Part shown: piece after piece, positions 36,676-46,150 of the stretch
Layout of the letters: every line of letters begins with the position of its first letter
How positions within the stretch are numbered: position 1 is the stretch's first letter
DNA from: an uncultured Rickettsiales bacterium
Lineage (GTDB): Bacteria; Myxococcota_A; UBA796; UBA9615
Assembly (NCBI GenBank): GCA_964344575.1
Contig: CAYFOA010000005.1
Coordinates: 15,105 to 79,104, forward strand
DNA: 64,000 nucleotides
Direction of reading: 5' to 3'
Program-made: the position numbers and the translations under genes
Notes under the pieces: generated by a model
Database searches by the model: none
Seen by the model: the letters and a program-made list of their open reading frames with translations, nothing else
Told to the model about the DNA's origin: nothing

Positions 36676-37476
36676 TCAGCGCCCCCCGATCGTCTCCACC
36701 ACCTCCGCCTCCCGCCGCCCCCGACGCCTGGGCCGGCCGGTCCCGATCCGGTCCAGGAGCACGACGCCGACCAGATCCTGCAACCCCCGGAGGTAGCGGA
36801 AGGGGCCGTACTTCGACCGCCCGAACGGCCGCCGCGCGTGGCGGACGGGGACCTCCGTGACGCGGAACCCGCGACGGTGGAGCAGCACGGGGACGAAGCG
36901 GTGCATGTCGTCCCCCAGCTCCAGCGCCGCCGCCGCCTCCGCCGTCATCGCCTTCATCCCGCAGTTGACGTCCCGCAGCCTCAGCCCCGAGAACGAGCTG
37001 CAGAGCACGTTGAACGCCCACGACGCCGCCACCTTCGCGCGGGCGTCCTGCCGGTCGCGGCGCCACGCCTGGACCACGTCGAAGTGGCCGCCGTCGAGCA
37101 CGCTGAGCAGCTTCGGGAGCTCCTCGGGGAGGTCCTGCAGGTCGGCGTCCATCGTCACCACGAACCGCCCCCGCGCCGCCTCGATCCCCCGCTGCAGGGC
37201 CGCCGACTTGCCGTGCCGCGCCCCCAGCCGGAGCGCCCCGAACCGCCCGTCCTCGTCGTGCAGCCGGTGCAGCGTCCGCCCCGTCCCGTCGGCGCTCCCG
37301 TCGTCCACCACGATCAGCTCGAACGTCCGCCCGTCCCGCTCCAGCACGTCCCGCAGCGAGTGCGCCAGCACCACCAGCGAGGCCTCCTCGTCGTGCGCGG
37401 GGACCACCACCGTCACGTCCGGCCGCGCCGGCGCCGGCGCCTTCCCCCCGTCGAGCACCCGCATCGTCGCCGTCAT
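36676..37476 (-). CDS. Family 2 glycosyltransferase (polyprenol-phosphate sugar transferase-like)
   Basis: GT2 motifs VTVVVPAHDEE, VVDDGSADGT and TMDADLQD. The start ATG at 37476 overlaps the stop of the upstream Yip1 gene by 1 nt. Confidence 0.8.
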   Translation of the reverse strand: MTATMRVLDGGKAPAPARPDVTVVVPAHDEEASLVVLAHSLRDVLERDGRTFELIVVDDGSADGTGRTLHRLHDEDGRFGALRLGARHGKSAALQRGIEAARGRFVVTMDADLQDLPEELPKLLSVLDGGHFDVVQAWRRDRQDARAKVAASWAFNVLCSSFSGLRLRDVNCGMKAMTAEAAAALELGDDMHRFVPVLLHRRGFRVTEVPVRHARRPFGRSKYGPFRYLRGLQDLVGVVLLDRIGTGRPRRRGRREAEVVETIGGR

Positions 37477-38285
37477 CAGAACCCCTCGCGGCTGATGATG
37501 AAGATGATGTAGACGATGTAGCAGGCGATGCAGACCGCGAACGGGATGAGGATCCCGAGCGCCGACTTCCAGCCGTCCTGCTCGTGGATCTGGGTGTACC
37601 CGATGCCCTGCAGCGGCAGGTACCACGCCCACGCGACGTAGTTGCAGCAGGGGATGAGCTGGAGGATCTGGACGGGGCTCGTCATGAGGACCACCCGCAG
37701 CGTCGCCCCCACGCCCTGCCGGCCGCCGCCCACGAGCAGCATGACGACGTGGTGGACCAGCGCCCACACGAACATCATCACGAGGAGCCAGACGGGCGGG
37801 ATGATGGTGTAGATGGCGCCGACGAAGGCCATCACGAGCCCCATCTCCGGCTCCCACGGGATCTCCCCCGCGGCGATGAAGATCCCCACCGCGCCCCCGA
37901 TGCAGGTGACCAGGCCGAAGTAGAAGATCGCCAGCCACGCGGTGCTGATCAGCGCGAAGAGGACCGCGCCGCCGATGGGGGCGTGGGGGTCGAGCTTGCG
38001 GAAGTAGTCGACGGGCTGCACCGCGAGCATGCCCGCCGTCTGCGCCCACGCCCGAAGCATGCCGAGGTTGGCGCGGTCGTCCCAGGGCAGGCCGAACACG
38101 CTGACCCGGTCCTCGCGCACGCAGGTCGCGCAGATCTGGCGGCTCCCCAGCCACCCCAGGCAGGCGCCGCAGGAGAACGTCCCGCAGTGCTCGCACGTCC
38201 CCACCGACGGCCGGTCGGGATGGTTCGCGCAGGTCGGGCCGAGGGGCTCCGAGGGGCCGGCGGTCGGCTCGGTCTCAAGCGACAT
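37476..38285 (-). CDS. Yip1-family membrane protein with an N-terminal zinc-ribbon
   Basis: N-terminal CANHPDRPSVGTCEHCGTFSCGACLG...CATC with four Cys pairs, then a 5-TM Yip1-like domain. Paralogous to 38694..39530. Confidence 0.65.
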   Translation of the reverse strand: MSLETEPTAGPSEPLGPTCANHPDRPSVGTCEHCGTFSCGACLGWLGSRQICATCVREDRVSVFGLPWDDRANLGMLRAWAQTAGMLAVQPVDYFRKLDPHAPIGGAVLFALISTAWLAIFYFGLVTCIGGAVGIFIAAGEIPWEPEMGLVMAFVGAIYTIIPPVWLLVMMFVWALVHHVVMLLVGGGRQGVGATLRVVLMTSPVQILQLIPCCNYVAWAWYLPLQGIGYTQIHEQDGWKSALGILIPFAVCIACYIVYIIFIISREGF

Positions 38286-38694
38286 CGGCGATCCAGACGT
38301 AGCCCCAGTTGACGAACACCGCCGCCACGACCGCCCCCCGCAGCGTCCACGCCTCCCGCTCCGACCCCGTCCGGAGCCGCACCGCGGGGACGCCCGCGAA
38401 CCGCCGCAGGGCCAGGTAGGCGACGAACAGGATCGCGCTCAGCGCCAGCGCCGCCCCCAGCGGGTTCTGGAGGAAGGCGGCGACGCCGTGCCCGTGCATC
38501 ACGTGGATCCAGGACCGCGTCATCCCGCACGCGACGCACGGGTACCCCGTCCCGAGCTTGAACCCGCACATCGACGGCAGCGCGTGGAAGGGGACGAACC
38601 GCGCCGCTACCAGCGCCGCCCCCGCGATCAGGGCCAGCGACCCCGTCAGCCAGGGATCCGCCGGCGGGGCGTCGCGGTCCAGCTCGAGGCGCAT
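38275..38694 (-). CDS. DUF2752 domain membrane protein
   Basis: CPxCGxTR-type motif (YPCVACGMTRSW) characteristic of DUF2752. 139 aa. 1-nt start/stop overlap with the upstream gene. Confidence 0.6.
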   Translation of the reverse strand: MRLELDRDAPPADPWLTGSLALIAGAALVAARFVPFHALPSMCGFKLGTGYPCVACGMTRSWIHVMHGHGVAAFLQNPLGAALALSAILFVAYLALRRFAGVPAVRLRTGSEREAWTLRGAVVAAVFVNWGYVWIADVA

Positions 38695-39530
38695 CAGTAG
38701 CCGGAGCCGCTCATCAGCCCCGCCGCGACGAACCCGAACACCACCGCGCCGGCGCAGACGCAGAAGATCGTCACCGCCAGCGGCCACAGCACCGCGATCG
38801 CGCCCTTCCACCCGGCGGTCCGGTGGATCCCGATGACCCCGAGGATGAGGAGGACGTACAGCCACAGGCCGGCGACGAGCTGCCCGCAGATCGGGATCAC
38901 GCCCCACGCGAGGATGCACCAGCCGTAGTACGTCGCCTTGAGGGTCCCCTTGAGGCCGTGCTCGTTGCCGCCGACGACCATCAGCCCGAGGTGGATCAGG
39001 AGCGCCGCCACCGTCGCCCACAACAGCGACTGCAGCGGGAACGTCAGCGCCTGGAAGCCGGACCGGAGGATCGACGGCTCGATCGACCGGAGGTACATCT
39101 GCGTGACCACGTGGTCCTCGCCGAGGAGGTCGATCACCGGCTGCGGATCCTGGGGGAAGACCGCCTGCGAGCCGTAGTTGATGCCGGCGGCGACGAAGCC
39201 GGCCGGGATCAGGACGATCAGCAGCAGGATGATCGCGTCCTTGATCCGCTCGGTCGGGTGGAGGGACTCGAAGAACGAGACGGGGTGGAGGGTCAGCTCC
39301 ATCATCGTCTGCCCGAGGGCGGCGAAGAGGCCGAGCTCGGCGCGCCGCTCCCAGGCGCAGAGCTGCTGCTCGCTGACGCGCCCCTCCTCGACGCACGTCC
39401 GGCAGATGACCTCGCCGTCCATCGTGCCGAGGCACTCGCCGCATCCGTAGTTGCCGCAGTGGGAGCACGTGCCGACCGACGGGACGCCGTCGTGGACGGC
39501 ACACATCGCCGTGGGGTGGGCTGGATCCAT
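38694..39530 (-). CDS. Yip1-family membrane protein with an N-terminal zinc-ribbon (paralog)
   Basis: CAVHDGVPSVGTCSHCGNYGCGECLG...CRTC followed by a Yip1-like TM domain. Confidence 0.65.
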   Translation of the reverse strand: MDPAHPTAMCAVHDGVPSVGTCSHCGNYGCGECLGTMDGEVICRTCVEEGRVSEQQLCAWERRAELGLFAALGQTMMELTLHPVSFFESLHPTERIKDAIILLLIVLIPAGFVAAGINYGSQAVFPQDPQPVIDLLGEDHVVTQMYLRSIEPSILRSGFQALTFPLQSLLWATVAALLIHLGLMVVGGNEHGLKGTLKATYYGWCILAWGVIPICGQLVAGLWLYVLLILGVIGIHRTAGWKGAIAVLWPLAVTIFCVCAGAVVFGFVAAGLMSGSGY

Positions 39531-39559
39531 GGCGCGCAGCCTACGATAATCGGAGGCTC

Positions 39560-41113
39560 GTGTTCAGCCGGACCGCCATCGCCGTCGCGGCCGCCGCGTC
39601 CCTCGCGGGGTGCGCGGCGGGGCCCGCGAGCGTGCAGACCGAGGCGGTCTCGGAGAACGGCCTCGTCCGCTTCGAGTTCGCCACCGAGGGGAAGAACAGC
39701 TTCACCGTCGCGGGCGCCTCCTGCGACGCCCCCCGGGGCGGGACCTGCGTCGTCGAGATCTCGATGGCCGACCTCCAGGCGGGGTGGAACGAGATCCCCA
39801 TCGAGACGCGCCGCCGCACCGGTGAGGAGGAGAAGCTGACGGCGCGGGTGTTCGTCGGCGAGGACGCGTTCCGGCGGACCTGCGAGGTGCGCCAGTCGGG
39901 CGGCCCCGACCCCCGCACCCTCCAGTACGAGATCAAGTGCGAGTTCGAGGACGGCTTCGCGGGCGAGCTCTTCGGGGAGGCGATGCCCGGCGGGCTGGCC
40001 ATCGTGAAGGCGGCCGAGGTCCGGGTGGACGAGAACCCCGCCAACGCCGGCGTCCTCCGCCCGCTCGTGGTCGGCGACCTCCCCATCGTCGTCACGAACC
40101 GCGCCGGCGGTCGCTGGGAACGCCCCCTGAAGGTCGTCGTCCCGCTGCCCCTGGTGCAGCTGTCGGTCACGGGCTGGCAGGACCCCTGGTACGAGGACGT
40201 CCTGCCGCTCCGCATCCGCGCCGAAGCGGGGGCGGAGATCCTGGTGGACGGGGAGCCGGTCCGGCCCAAGCGGGACGGCGCATCGTTCGTCCGCGAGGTG
40301 AAGATCAAGCCCGGACCGAACCGGATCCGCGTGGAGGCGAGGCTCCCCGACCGGGTCGACGCCGTCGTCGACCTGTCCATCCGCGGCAAGGCCCCCGACA
40401 CGCCGCTGTACATCGACGAGCCGGCCGTCGCCGAGCTGACGACGTCCGACCACTTCGTCCGCATCCGCGGCCGCACCATCCCCGAGGCGCGCGTCTACCT
40501 CGCCAACCGGCCCGCCGACATCGCCCGCGACGGCAGCTTCGAGTTCGTCGTCCCGCTGGACGAGGGGGACAACGAGATCGAGGTCCTCGCCGTCGTCGAC
40601 CCCGGCCCCCGGATCCAGGCCCGGCCCGCCACCAAGCGGAGCTTCGCGGTGCGCGTCGAGGGCGACGACGAGCAGCGGATCGAGCAGCGGCAGTACGCGG
40701 CGTCCGACCTGGAGGCGGCCAACGCCGAGGTCCTCGCCGACCTGGGGCGCGACCCCTGGGGCCACGTCGGCGCCAAGGTGACCTTCCCGATGGTGCTCCG
40801 GGACATGGCCACGTCGCTCGTCAAGGGGGGCTGCGAGGCCCGCATCGAGGGGGACGCGTGCACGCACGAGGTCTCCCAGGAGGTGCGCGTCGGGTTCGAG
40901 ACCCGCGAGGCGAAGGCGTGCGACGGCGAGGAGCTCCCCGCCGTCATCGAGCTCGACTCCTGCCCCGACGTCGCCGAGGGGCAGCGCGTCATCGTCGTCG
41001 GCAAGGTGCTCGGCGGGCTCGGCGGCCGCGTCGGCCAGTTCACCGTCGAGCGGCCCCGCATCCGGGCGTCCGAGCTGCGCGACGCGCCCTGGATCGTCGA
41101 GGCGCGGCGCTGA
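39560..41113 (+). CDS. Hypothetical lipoprotein, translationally coupled to the pseudokinase-FGE gene
   Basis: Lipobox AASLAGC. 517 aa with no recognisable catalytic motif. Its stop overlaps the next ATG. Confidence 0.6.
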   Translation: MFSRTAIAVAAAASLAGCAAGPASVQTEAVSENGLVRFEFATEGKNSFTVAGASCDAPRGGTCVVEISMADLQAGWNEIPIETRRRTGEEEKLTARVFVGEDAFRRTCEVRQSGGPDPRTLQYEIKCEFEDGFAGELFGEAMPGGLAIVKAAEVRVDENPANAGVLRPLVVGDLPIVVTNRAGGRWERPLKVVVPLPLVQLSVTGWQDPWYEDVLPLRIRAEAGAEILVDGEPVRPKRDGASFVREVKIKPGPNRIRVEARLPDRVDAVVDLSIRGKAPDTPLYIDEPAVAELTTSDHFVRIRGRTIPEARVYLANRPADIARDGSFEFVVPLDEGDNEIEVLAVVDPGPRIQARPATKRSFAVRVEGDDEQRIEQRQYAASDLEAANAEVLADLGRDPWGHVGAKVTFPMVLRDMATSLVKGGCEARIEGDACTHEVSQEVRVGFETREAKACDGEELPAVIELDSCPDVAEGQRVIVVGKVLGGLGGRVGQFTVERPRIRASELRDAPWIVEARR

Positions 41114-42741
41114 TGGAGATCAAGGGCTACCAGCTCAACGAGATCGCCGGCGACGGGCGCACCGGGCGCGTCTACCAGGCGACGCGGAAGGCCGACGGCG
41201 CCAGCGTCGCGTTCCGCCAGGTCAAGCCCCGCCTCGCCAAGGAGCCGGGCGTGTCGGAGTCGATCTGCCGGCTCAAGCAGCAGTGCGCGGGGCTCCGGAA
41301 CGTCGTCATCGTCCCCGTGGTCGAGTCCTTCGAGGTGGAGGGGGCGATCTGCGTGGTCGAGCCCTGGGTGGAGGGGACGACGCTGCGGAAGCGGCTGAGC
41401 GAGGGGGCGCTCCCCCGGGAGGACGTCCTCACCCTCGGCGTCGAGGTCTGCGAGGCCCTCGAGGAGCTGCACGAGGCGGGGATCGTCCACGGGGACGTCT
41501 CCCCCTCGAACATCATGCTCACGGCGCGGGGGGCGCGGCTCACGGGGATCGGGGTGGCGGCGCGGACGAACCGGCGGCGCAAGAGCAGCACGATGTTCGG
41601 CGACCCCTACGACGCCCCCGAGATGCGGAACGCGGCGGGCGCCTCGCCGAGCACGGACATCTACGCCCTGGCGGCGTGCCTCGACGCGGCCCTGAACGGC
41701 GAACAGGACGGCACCGGCGGCTTCCAGCTGACCAGCGGGCAGACCGAGGAAGACGAGCTGATCCAGGTCATCGCCGAGGCGCTCGCGTCGCACCCGAGCA
41801 TGCGGCCGCCGACGGTGCGGGCGTTCAAGCGGGCGCTGATGGGCGTCCGGATCGGGGCCTCGCCGCCGCCGCGGAAGACGCAGGACGCGCCCGCGGACTG
41901 GGACGAGGAGGCGCTGGAGCGGGTGACGGGGTCGCAGCGGGCGGCCCCCCCGGCCGAGAAGATCCCGCCCTGGGCGCCCAAGGCGGCGGCGGCGGTGGTC
42001 GGCGTGGCGGCGCTGGTGGGGCTGGGGGTCTGGATCAAGGGCATCCTCCCCGACGTCCCCGACGGCATGGTCGCGGTGGCCCGGGGAGCGACGGCGGTGG
42101 GCGGCGAGGAGGGGCCGTCGGACGAGCGGCCGGGGTTCGTGTGGACGCACCCGCGGTTCTTCCTCGACCGGACCGAGGTGACGGTGGACGCGTACGAGGC
42201 GTGCGTCGCCGACGGCGGCTGCAGCGGGGTGGGGACGCGGCTGGAGCGGCGGCAGGACGACCTCCGGGAGCCGGTCGTGGGGGTGACGTGGCTGCAGGCC
42301 AACGCGTACTGCGCGTGGGCGGGGAAGCGGCTGCCGTCGGAGAACGAGTGGGAGGCGTCGGCGGCGGCGTTCGGCGTCGGCGCGGGCGAGCCGGACTGCG
42401 GCAACGCGTGGTTCGGGGCGTGGGCGACGGGCCCCTGCGGGACGCCCGGGCTGGTGGCGGCGCCCCAGGCGATCTTCCCCGACGAGGGCGACCCCGACGC
42501 CCCCGTCCACCTCGCGGGCAACGTCTGGGAGTTCACGAACAGCGACTACCTCCCCAACCGCCGCCCCGGCACGGGCGACCTCGCGCCGGCGGGGGGATCG
42601 GTGCTGAAGGTCATCAAGGGGGGCGCGTTCTCGACGACGGGGGAGGAGCTGACGCGGGCGGCGCGGCTGGGGGTGGAGATGGACCACTGGGCGGCGGACG
42701 TGGGGTTCCGGTGCGCGATGGACGCGGAGCGGCAGAAGTGA
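41113..42741 (+). CDS. Degenerate Ser/Thr protein kinase (predicted pseudokinase) fused via a TM segment to an FGE-sulfatase (SUMF1-like) domain
   Basis: Gly-loop GDGRTGRVY is present, but the beta3 Lys is replaced (VAFR), the catalytic loop is HGDVSPSN instead of HRDLKPxN, and DFG is replaced by GIG. The C-terminal FGE fold carries motifs such as VTWLQANAYCAWAGKRLPSENEWE and GNVWEFT. Confidence 0.7.
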   Translation: MEIKGYQLNEIAGDGRTGRVYQATRKADGASVAFRQVKPRLAKEPGVSESICRLKQQCAGLRNVVIVPVVESFEVEGAICVVEPWVEGTTLRKRLSEGALPREDVLTLGVEVCEALEELHEAGIVHGDVSPSNIMLTARGARLTGIGVAARTNRRRKSSTMFGDPYDAPEMRNAAGASPSTDIYALAACLDAALNGEQDGTGGFQLTSGQTEEDELIQVIAEALASHPSMRPPTVRAFKRALMGVRIGASPPPRKTQDAPADWDEEALERVTGSQRAAPPAEKIPPWAPKAAAAVVGVAALVGLGVWIKGILPDVPDGMVAVARGATAVGGEEGPSDERPGFVWTHPRFFLDRTEVTVDAYEACVADGGCSGVGTRLERRQDDLREPVVGVTWLQANAYCAWAGKRLPSENEWEASAAAFGVGAGEPDCGNAWFGAWATGPCGTPGLVAAPQAIFPDEGDPDAPVHLAGNVWEFTNSDYLPNRRPGTGDLAPAGGSVLKVIKGGAFSTTGEELTRAARLGVEMDHWAADVGFRCAMDAERQK

Positions 42742-43496
42742 TGGCGACGACCGACGGACGGCGGGTCTTCGTGACGGGCGGCAGCGGCGCGATCGGGCGC
42801 GCGCTGGCGGTGGCGTTCGCGCGGCAGGGGGCGACGGTCGCGTTCTCCTACTTCATGGGGCACGACGGGATGGAGGCGACGAGCGCGGCCATCCGCGAGG
42901 CGGGCGGCGAGCCGCGGGCCGTGCAGTGCAACCTGCGCGACCGGTCCGGCGCGAAGGAGGCGGCCGAGGGCGCGCTCGAGGCGCTCGGCGGCGGCGTCGA
43001 CGTCTTCGTCTCCAACGCGGCCACGGGCGTCCTCAAGCCGCTGGCCGGCGTCAGCCCCAAGAGCTGGCAGGGGGTGCTCCAGGTCAACGCGGGCGCGTTC
43101 CTGGAGATGACGAACCTCCTCGCCCCGACGATGGGCGACGGCGGTCGCGTCCTCGCCCTGACGTCGGCGGGGTCCGTCCGCGCGCTGGAGCATTACGGCG
43201 CGATCGGCGCGTCCAAGGCGGCGCTGGAGTCGCTGGTCCGGCACTTCGCGATGGAGCTCGGCCCGCGCGGCATCACGGTCAACGCGATCCGGCCCGGCGT
43301 CGTCGACACGCCCGCCCTGGAGTACTTCCCCAACCGCGAGCAGATGCTCCACATCGCCCGCCTGCGGACCCCTGTCGGCCGCATCGCGACGCCGGAGGAC
43401 GTGGCCGACGTGGCCCTCTTCCTGGCGTCCGACGGGGCGAAGATGATCAACGGCGAGACGATCACGGTCGACGGGGGGTATTCGATCCTCGCCTGA
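42741..43496 (+). CDS. Short-chain dehydrogenase/reductase (SDR)
   Basis: TGGSGAIGRA Rossmann motif and the YGAIGASKAA catalytic Tyr-x3-Lys. 1-nt overlap with the upstream stop. Confidence 0.85.
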   Translation: MATTDGRRVFVTGGSGAIGRALAVAFARQGATVAFSYFMGHDGMEATSAAIREAGGEPRAVQCNLRDRSGAKEAAEGALEALGGGVDVFVSNAATGVLKPLAGVSPKSWQGVLQVNAGAFLEMTNLLAPTMGDGGRVLALTSAGSVRALEHYGAIGASKAALESLVRHFAMELGPRGITVNAIRPGVVDTPALEYFPNREQMLHIARLRTPVGRIATPEDVADVALFLASDGAKMINGETITVDGGYSILA

Positions 43497-43513
43497 CCGG
43501 ACGCGGTGATAGC

Positions 43514-46150
43514 GTGCCCCGCGTGAGAGTCGCCCCCCTCGTCGTCGCCTCCTCCGCTGTCGCCCTGCTGCTGTCGTCGTGCCCCACGACCGAGCCGCCG
43601 CCGCCCGTCGGTCCGTCGCTCTTCGCGGAGGGCTGCCCCGTCCCCGGACAAGCCCTCGCCCGCGTCATCGGCGTCGCCGGCCCGCGCCCCGGCGCGGCCG
43701 CCACGGGGACGAAGGGGGACCTGCTGCTGGCCAACGACCGGGCCGCCTTCGTCGTGACCGACACGGGGCCGCAGTCGACGTACTGGTACTACCCCGGCGT
43801 CCTCGCCGACGCGACGACGGTGGCCGACTGCGTGCCCGCGCCGGACAAGCTGGACGAGCTCGGCTACGTCTTCGTCGTCGCCGACGTGTTCGAGTTCGAG
43901 CAGTCGATCCTGCGGGCGTTCGAGGCGGAGACGGTGGAGGTCGTGAACGACGGCTCCGACGGCGGGGCGGCGGTCGTCCGGGCGCGGGGGTCCGACTCGA
44001 TCCACTGGCTCGTCGAGCACACGCTCATCAAGGAGGCGGCGGACAGCGGGGGTCGGGACTTCAGCGAGCCGTACGGCGTCGAGATCACGATCGACTACGT
44101 CCTCGAGCCGGACAGCTCCGTGCTCTTCATGGACGTCGGCGTGCTGAACCTCAGCTCGGGTCAGGTCCAGCTCGTCGACGCCGCGCTGATGCAGCACGGG
44201 CACACGATGGACGAGTTCAGCTACAGCAGCGGCCCGATCTCGGTCGCCAGCCTGAACCTCGACGCGGGCCTGCCGTGGATCCTGGCGTCCGACGGCGCGG
44301 GCGCCTACGCGCTCAACATGAGCGACGCCAACCTCGCCACCGTGACGTTCAGCGGCGTGCAGACGGGGGTCGACGTCAACCAGCTCAACGACGGGTTCAC
44401 GCTCGGCATCGGGGAGCGCAAGACGCTGCGGCGCTACCTCGCGGTGGGGCCCGGGGACGGCACCGCCGCCATCGAGGCGCTGCTCACCGCCAACCCCGTG
44501 CCCCTGCGCGACCAGCCGGCCACGGCGGCGCGGATCCGGGGTTCGCTCCAGGAGGCGGACGGGTCGCCGGCCGCGGGCACGGTGCTGGTGCAGGCCCGCG
44601 CCGGCGACGCCTCGTGGGGGAACCTCTACCGGGCGGTCGCGGGCGAGGACGGCGCCTTCACCGTCGCCGTCCCCGAGCTCGACGAGCCGTGGTCCTACCG
44701 GCTGCTCGCGGAGGGCCCGGGGAGGGACGCGGCGGCGCCCGTGTCCGTCGATCCGGGAGACTCCGGGGTCACGCTCACGCTGGAGCCGCGGGGCAACGTC
44801 GCGTACGCGATCACCGCGGACGGCGAGCCGTCCCCCGCGCGGCTGGCGTTCCTCCGCGACGACGGCAAGCGGTTCGACTTCTGGGAGCACGGCGAGGGCC
44901 GCCTCGACCTCCCCCCGGGGACGTGGGAGTGGACGGCCACGCGGGGGTACGAGTTCACCCCGGATCGGGGGACGGTGACGGTGCCGGCGGGCGGCGAGGC
45001 GGCGGTCGAGGCGTCGCTGGCGCGGGCGTTCGAGACCGACGGCTGGATCTCGGTCGACACCCACGTCCACACGATGGACAGCCCCGACAGCCGGACGGAC
45101 GTCGGCGACCAGATGAAGGGCGCGGCGGCGCACGGGCTGGACGTCGTCATCCACACCGAGCACGAGCACATCGTGGACCGGCGGTACGTCCCCGCGGAGG
45201 TGGGGGTCGACGGGTGGTCGACGAGCGTGATCGGGGAGGAGGTCACCAGCGTCGCCGTCGAGCACATGACGATGTTTCCGGTCGAGCCCGACGGCAGCCC
45301 CCGGGGCGGCTACGTCGAGTGGTACGGGATGGACATGGAGGAGCTCTTCGCGGCGATGCGGGCGCGGAGCGACGGCGGCGTCAACCTGCTCAACCACCCC
45401 GGCTGGATGAACGACATCGGCTGGGACCGGGTCGCCGCCGAGCCCACCGTCGACCCCACGCTGCTGGGCTTCACGGAGGACGACGCGCTCTGGTCGTGGG
45501 ACCTGGACGGCGTCGAGGTGATGAACGGCCACAGCAGCCCGTTCGCGGACGGCAACGGCCGGTTCGACGACTGGATGAGCATGGTCAACGCGGGCCACCG
45601 GGTGATCGGGGTCGGCTGCAGCGACGCCCACGGCCGCGAGGTGGGCTTCCCCCGGACGTACGTGACGGCGCCGTCGGACGACGTGACGGAGCTGGACACG
45701 GACGCGCTCACCGACTCGTTCCAGAGCGGCCGCGCGATGGCCAGCGCGGGTGCGTACGCCCAGGTCACCATCGACGGCGCGGGCCCCGGTGAGCTGGTCG
45801 CGGACGACGACGGCGCGGTCACGGTCTCGATCGCGGTGGAGGCCCTCGCGGAGGTGAACGTCACCCACGCGGTGGTCTTCGTGAACTGCGACCAGGCGGC
45901 GTCGATCGCGGCGACGGATCCCGACGCGGTCCTCAAGCTGGACGCGACGGTGACGGTCCCGGTGGACGGCGACAGCAGCGTGGTCGTCGCGGCGTTCGGC
46001 GAAGGCGGCATGCCCTTCGGCCTCCGCCAGTACGACGCCACCCGCACCCCCCGCGTCCTCGTCAACCCGATCTACGTCGACTTCGACGGCGACGGCGCCT
46101 TCTCAGCCCCCGGCGGCCGGGAGTGCAGCTACGACCTCGCCGCCCCCTGA
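43514..46150 (+). CDS. Lipoprotein with a PHP-type metal-dependent phosphoesterase domain (CehA/McbA-like)
   Basis: Signal VPRVRVAPLVVASSAVALLLSSC. PHP His clusters (ISVDTHVHTMDSPDS, HGLDVVIHTEHEH, GVGCSDAHG). The start is hand-placed, +/- 3 codons. Confidence 0.65.
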   Translation: MPRVRVAPLVVASSAVALLLSSCPTTEPPPPVGPSLFAEGCPVPGQALARVIGVAGPRPGAAATGTKGDLLLANDRAAFVVTDTGPQSTYWYYPGVLADATTVADCVPAPDKLDELGYVFVVADVFEFEQSILRAFEAETVEVVNDGSDGGAAVVRARGSDSIHWLVEHTLIKEAADSGGRDFSEPYGVEITIDYVLEPDSSVLFMDVGVLNLSSGQVQLVDAALMQHGHTMDEFSYSSGPISVASLNLDAGLPWILASDGAGAYALNMSDANLATVTFSGVQTGVDVNQLNDGFTLGIGERKTLRRYLAVGPGDGTAAIEALLTANPVPLRDQPATAARIRGSLQEADGSPAAGTVLVQARAGDASWGNLYRAVAGEDGAFTVAVPELDEPWSYRLLAEGPGRDAAAPVSVDPGDSGVTLTLEPRGNVAYAITADGEPSPARLAFLRDDGKRFDFWEHGEGRLDLPPGTWEWTATRGYEFTPDRGTVTVPAGGEAAVEASLARAFETDGWISVDTHVHTMDSPDSRTDVGDQMKGAAAHGLDVVIHTEHEHIVDRRYVPAEVGVDGWSTSVIGEEVTSVAVEHMTMFPVEPDGSPRGGYVEWYGMDMEELFAAMRARSDGGVNLLNHPGWMNDIGWDRVAAEPTVDPTLLGFTEDDALWSWDLDGVEVMNGHSSPFADGNGRFDDWMSMVNAGHRVIGVGCSDAHGREVGFPRTYVTAPSDDVTELDTDALTDSFQSGRAMASAGAYAQVTIDGAGPGELVADDDGAVTVSIAVEALAEVNVTHAVVFVNCDQAASIAATDPDAVLKLDATVTVPVDGDSSVVVAAFGEGGMPFGLRQYDATRTPRVLVNPIYVDFDGDGAFSAPGGRECSYDLAAP

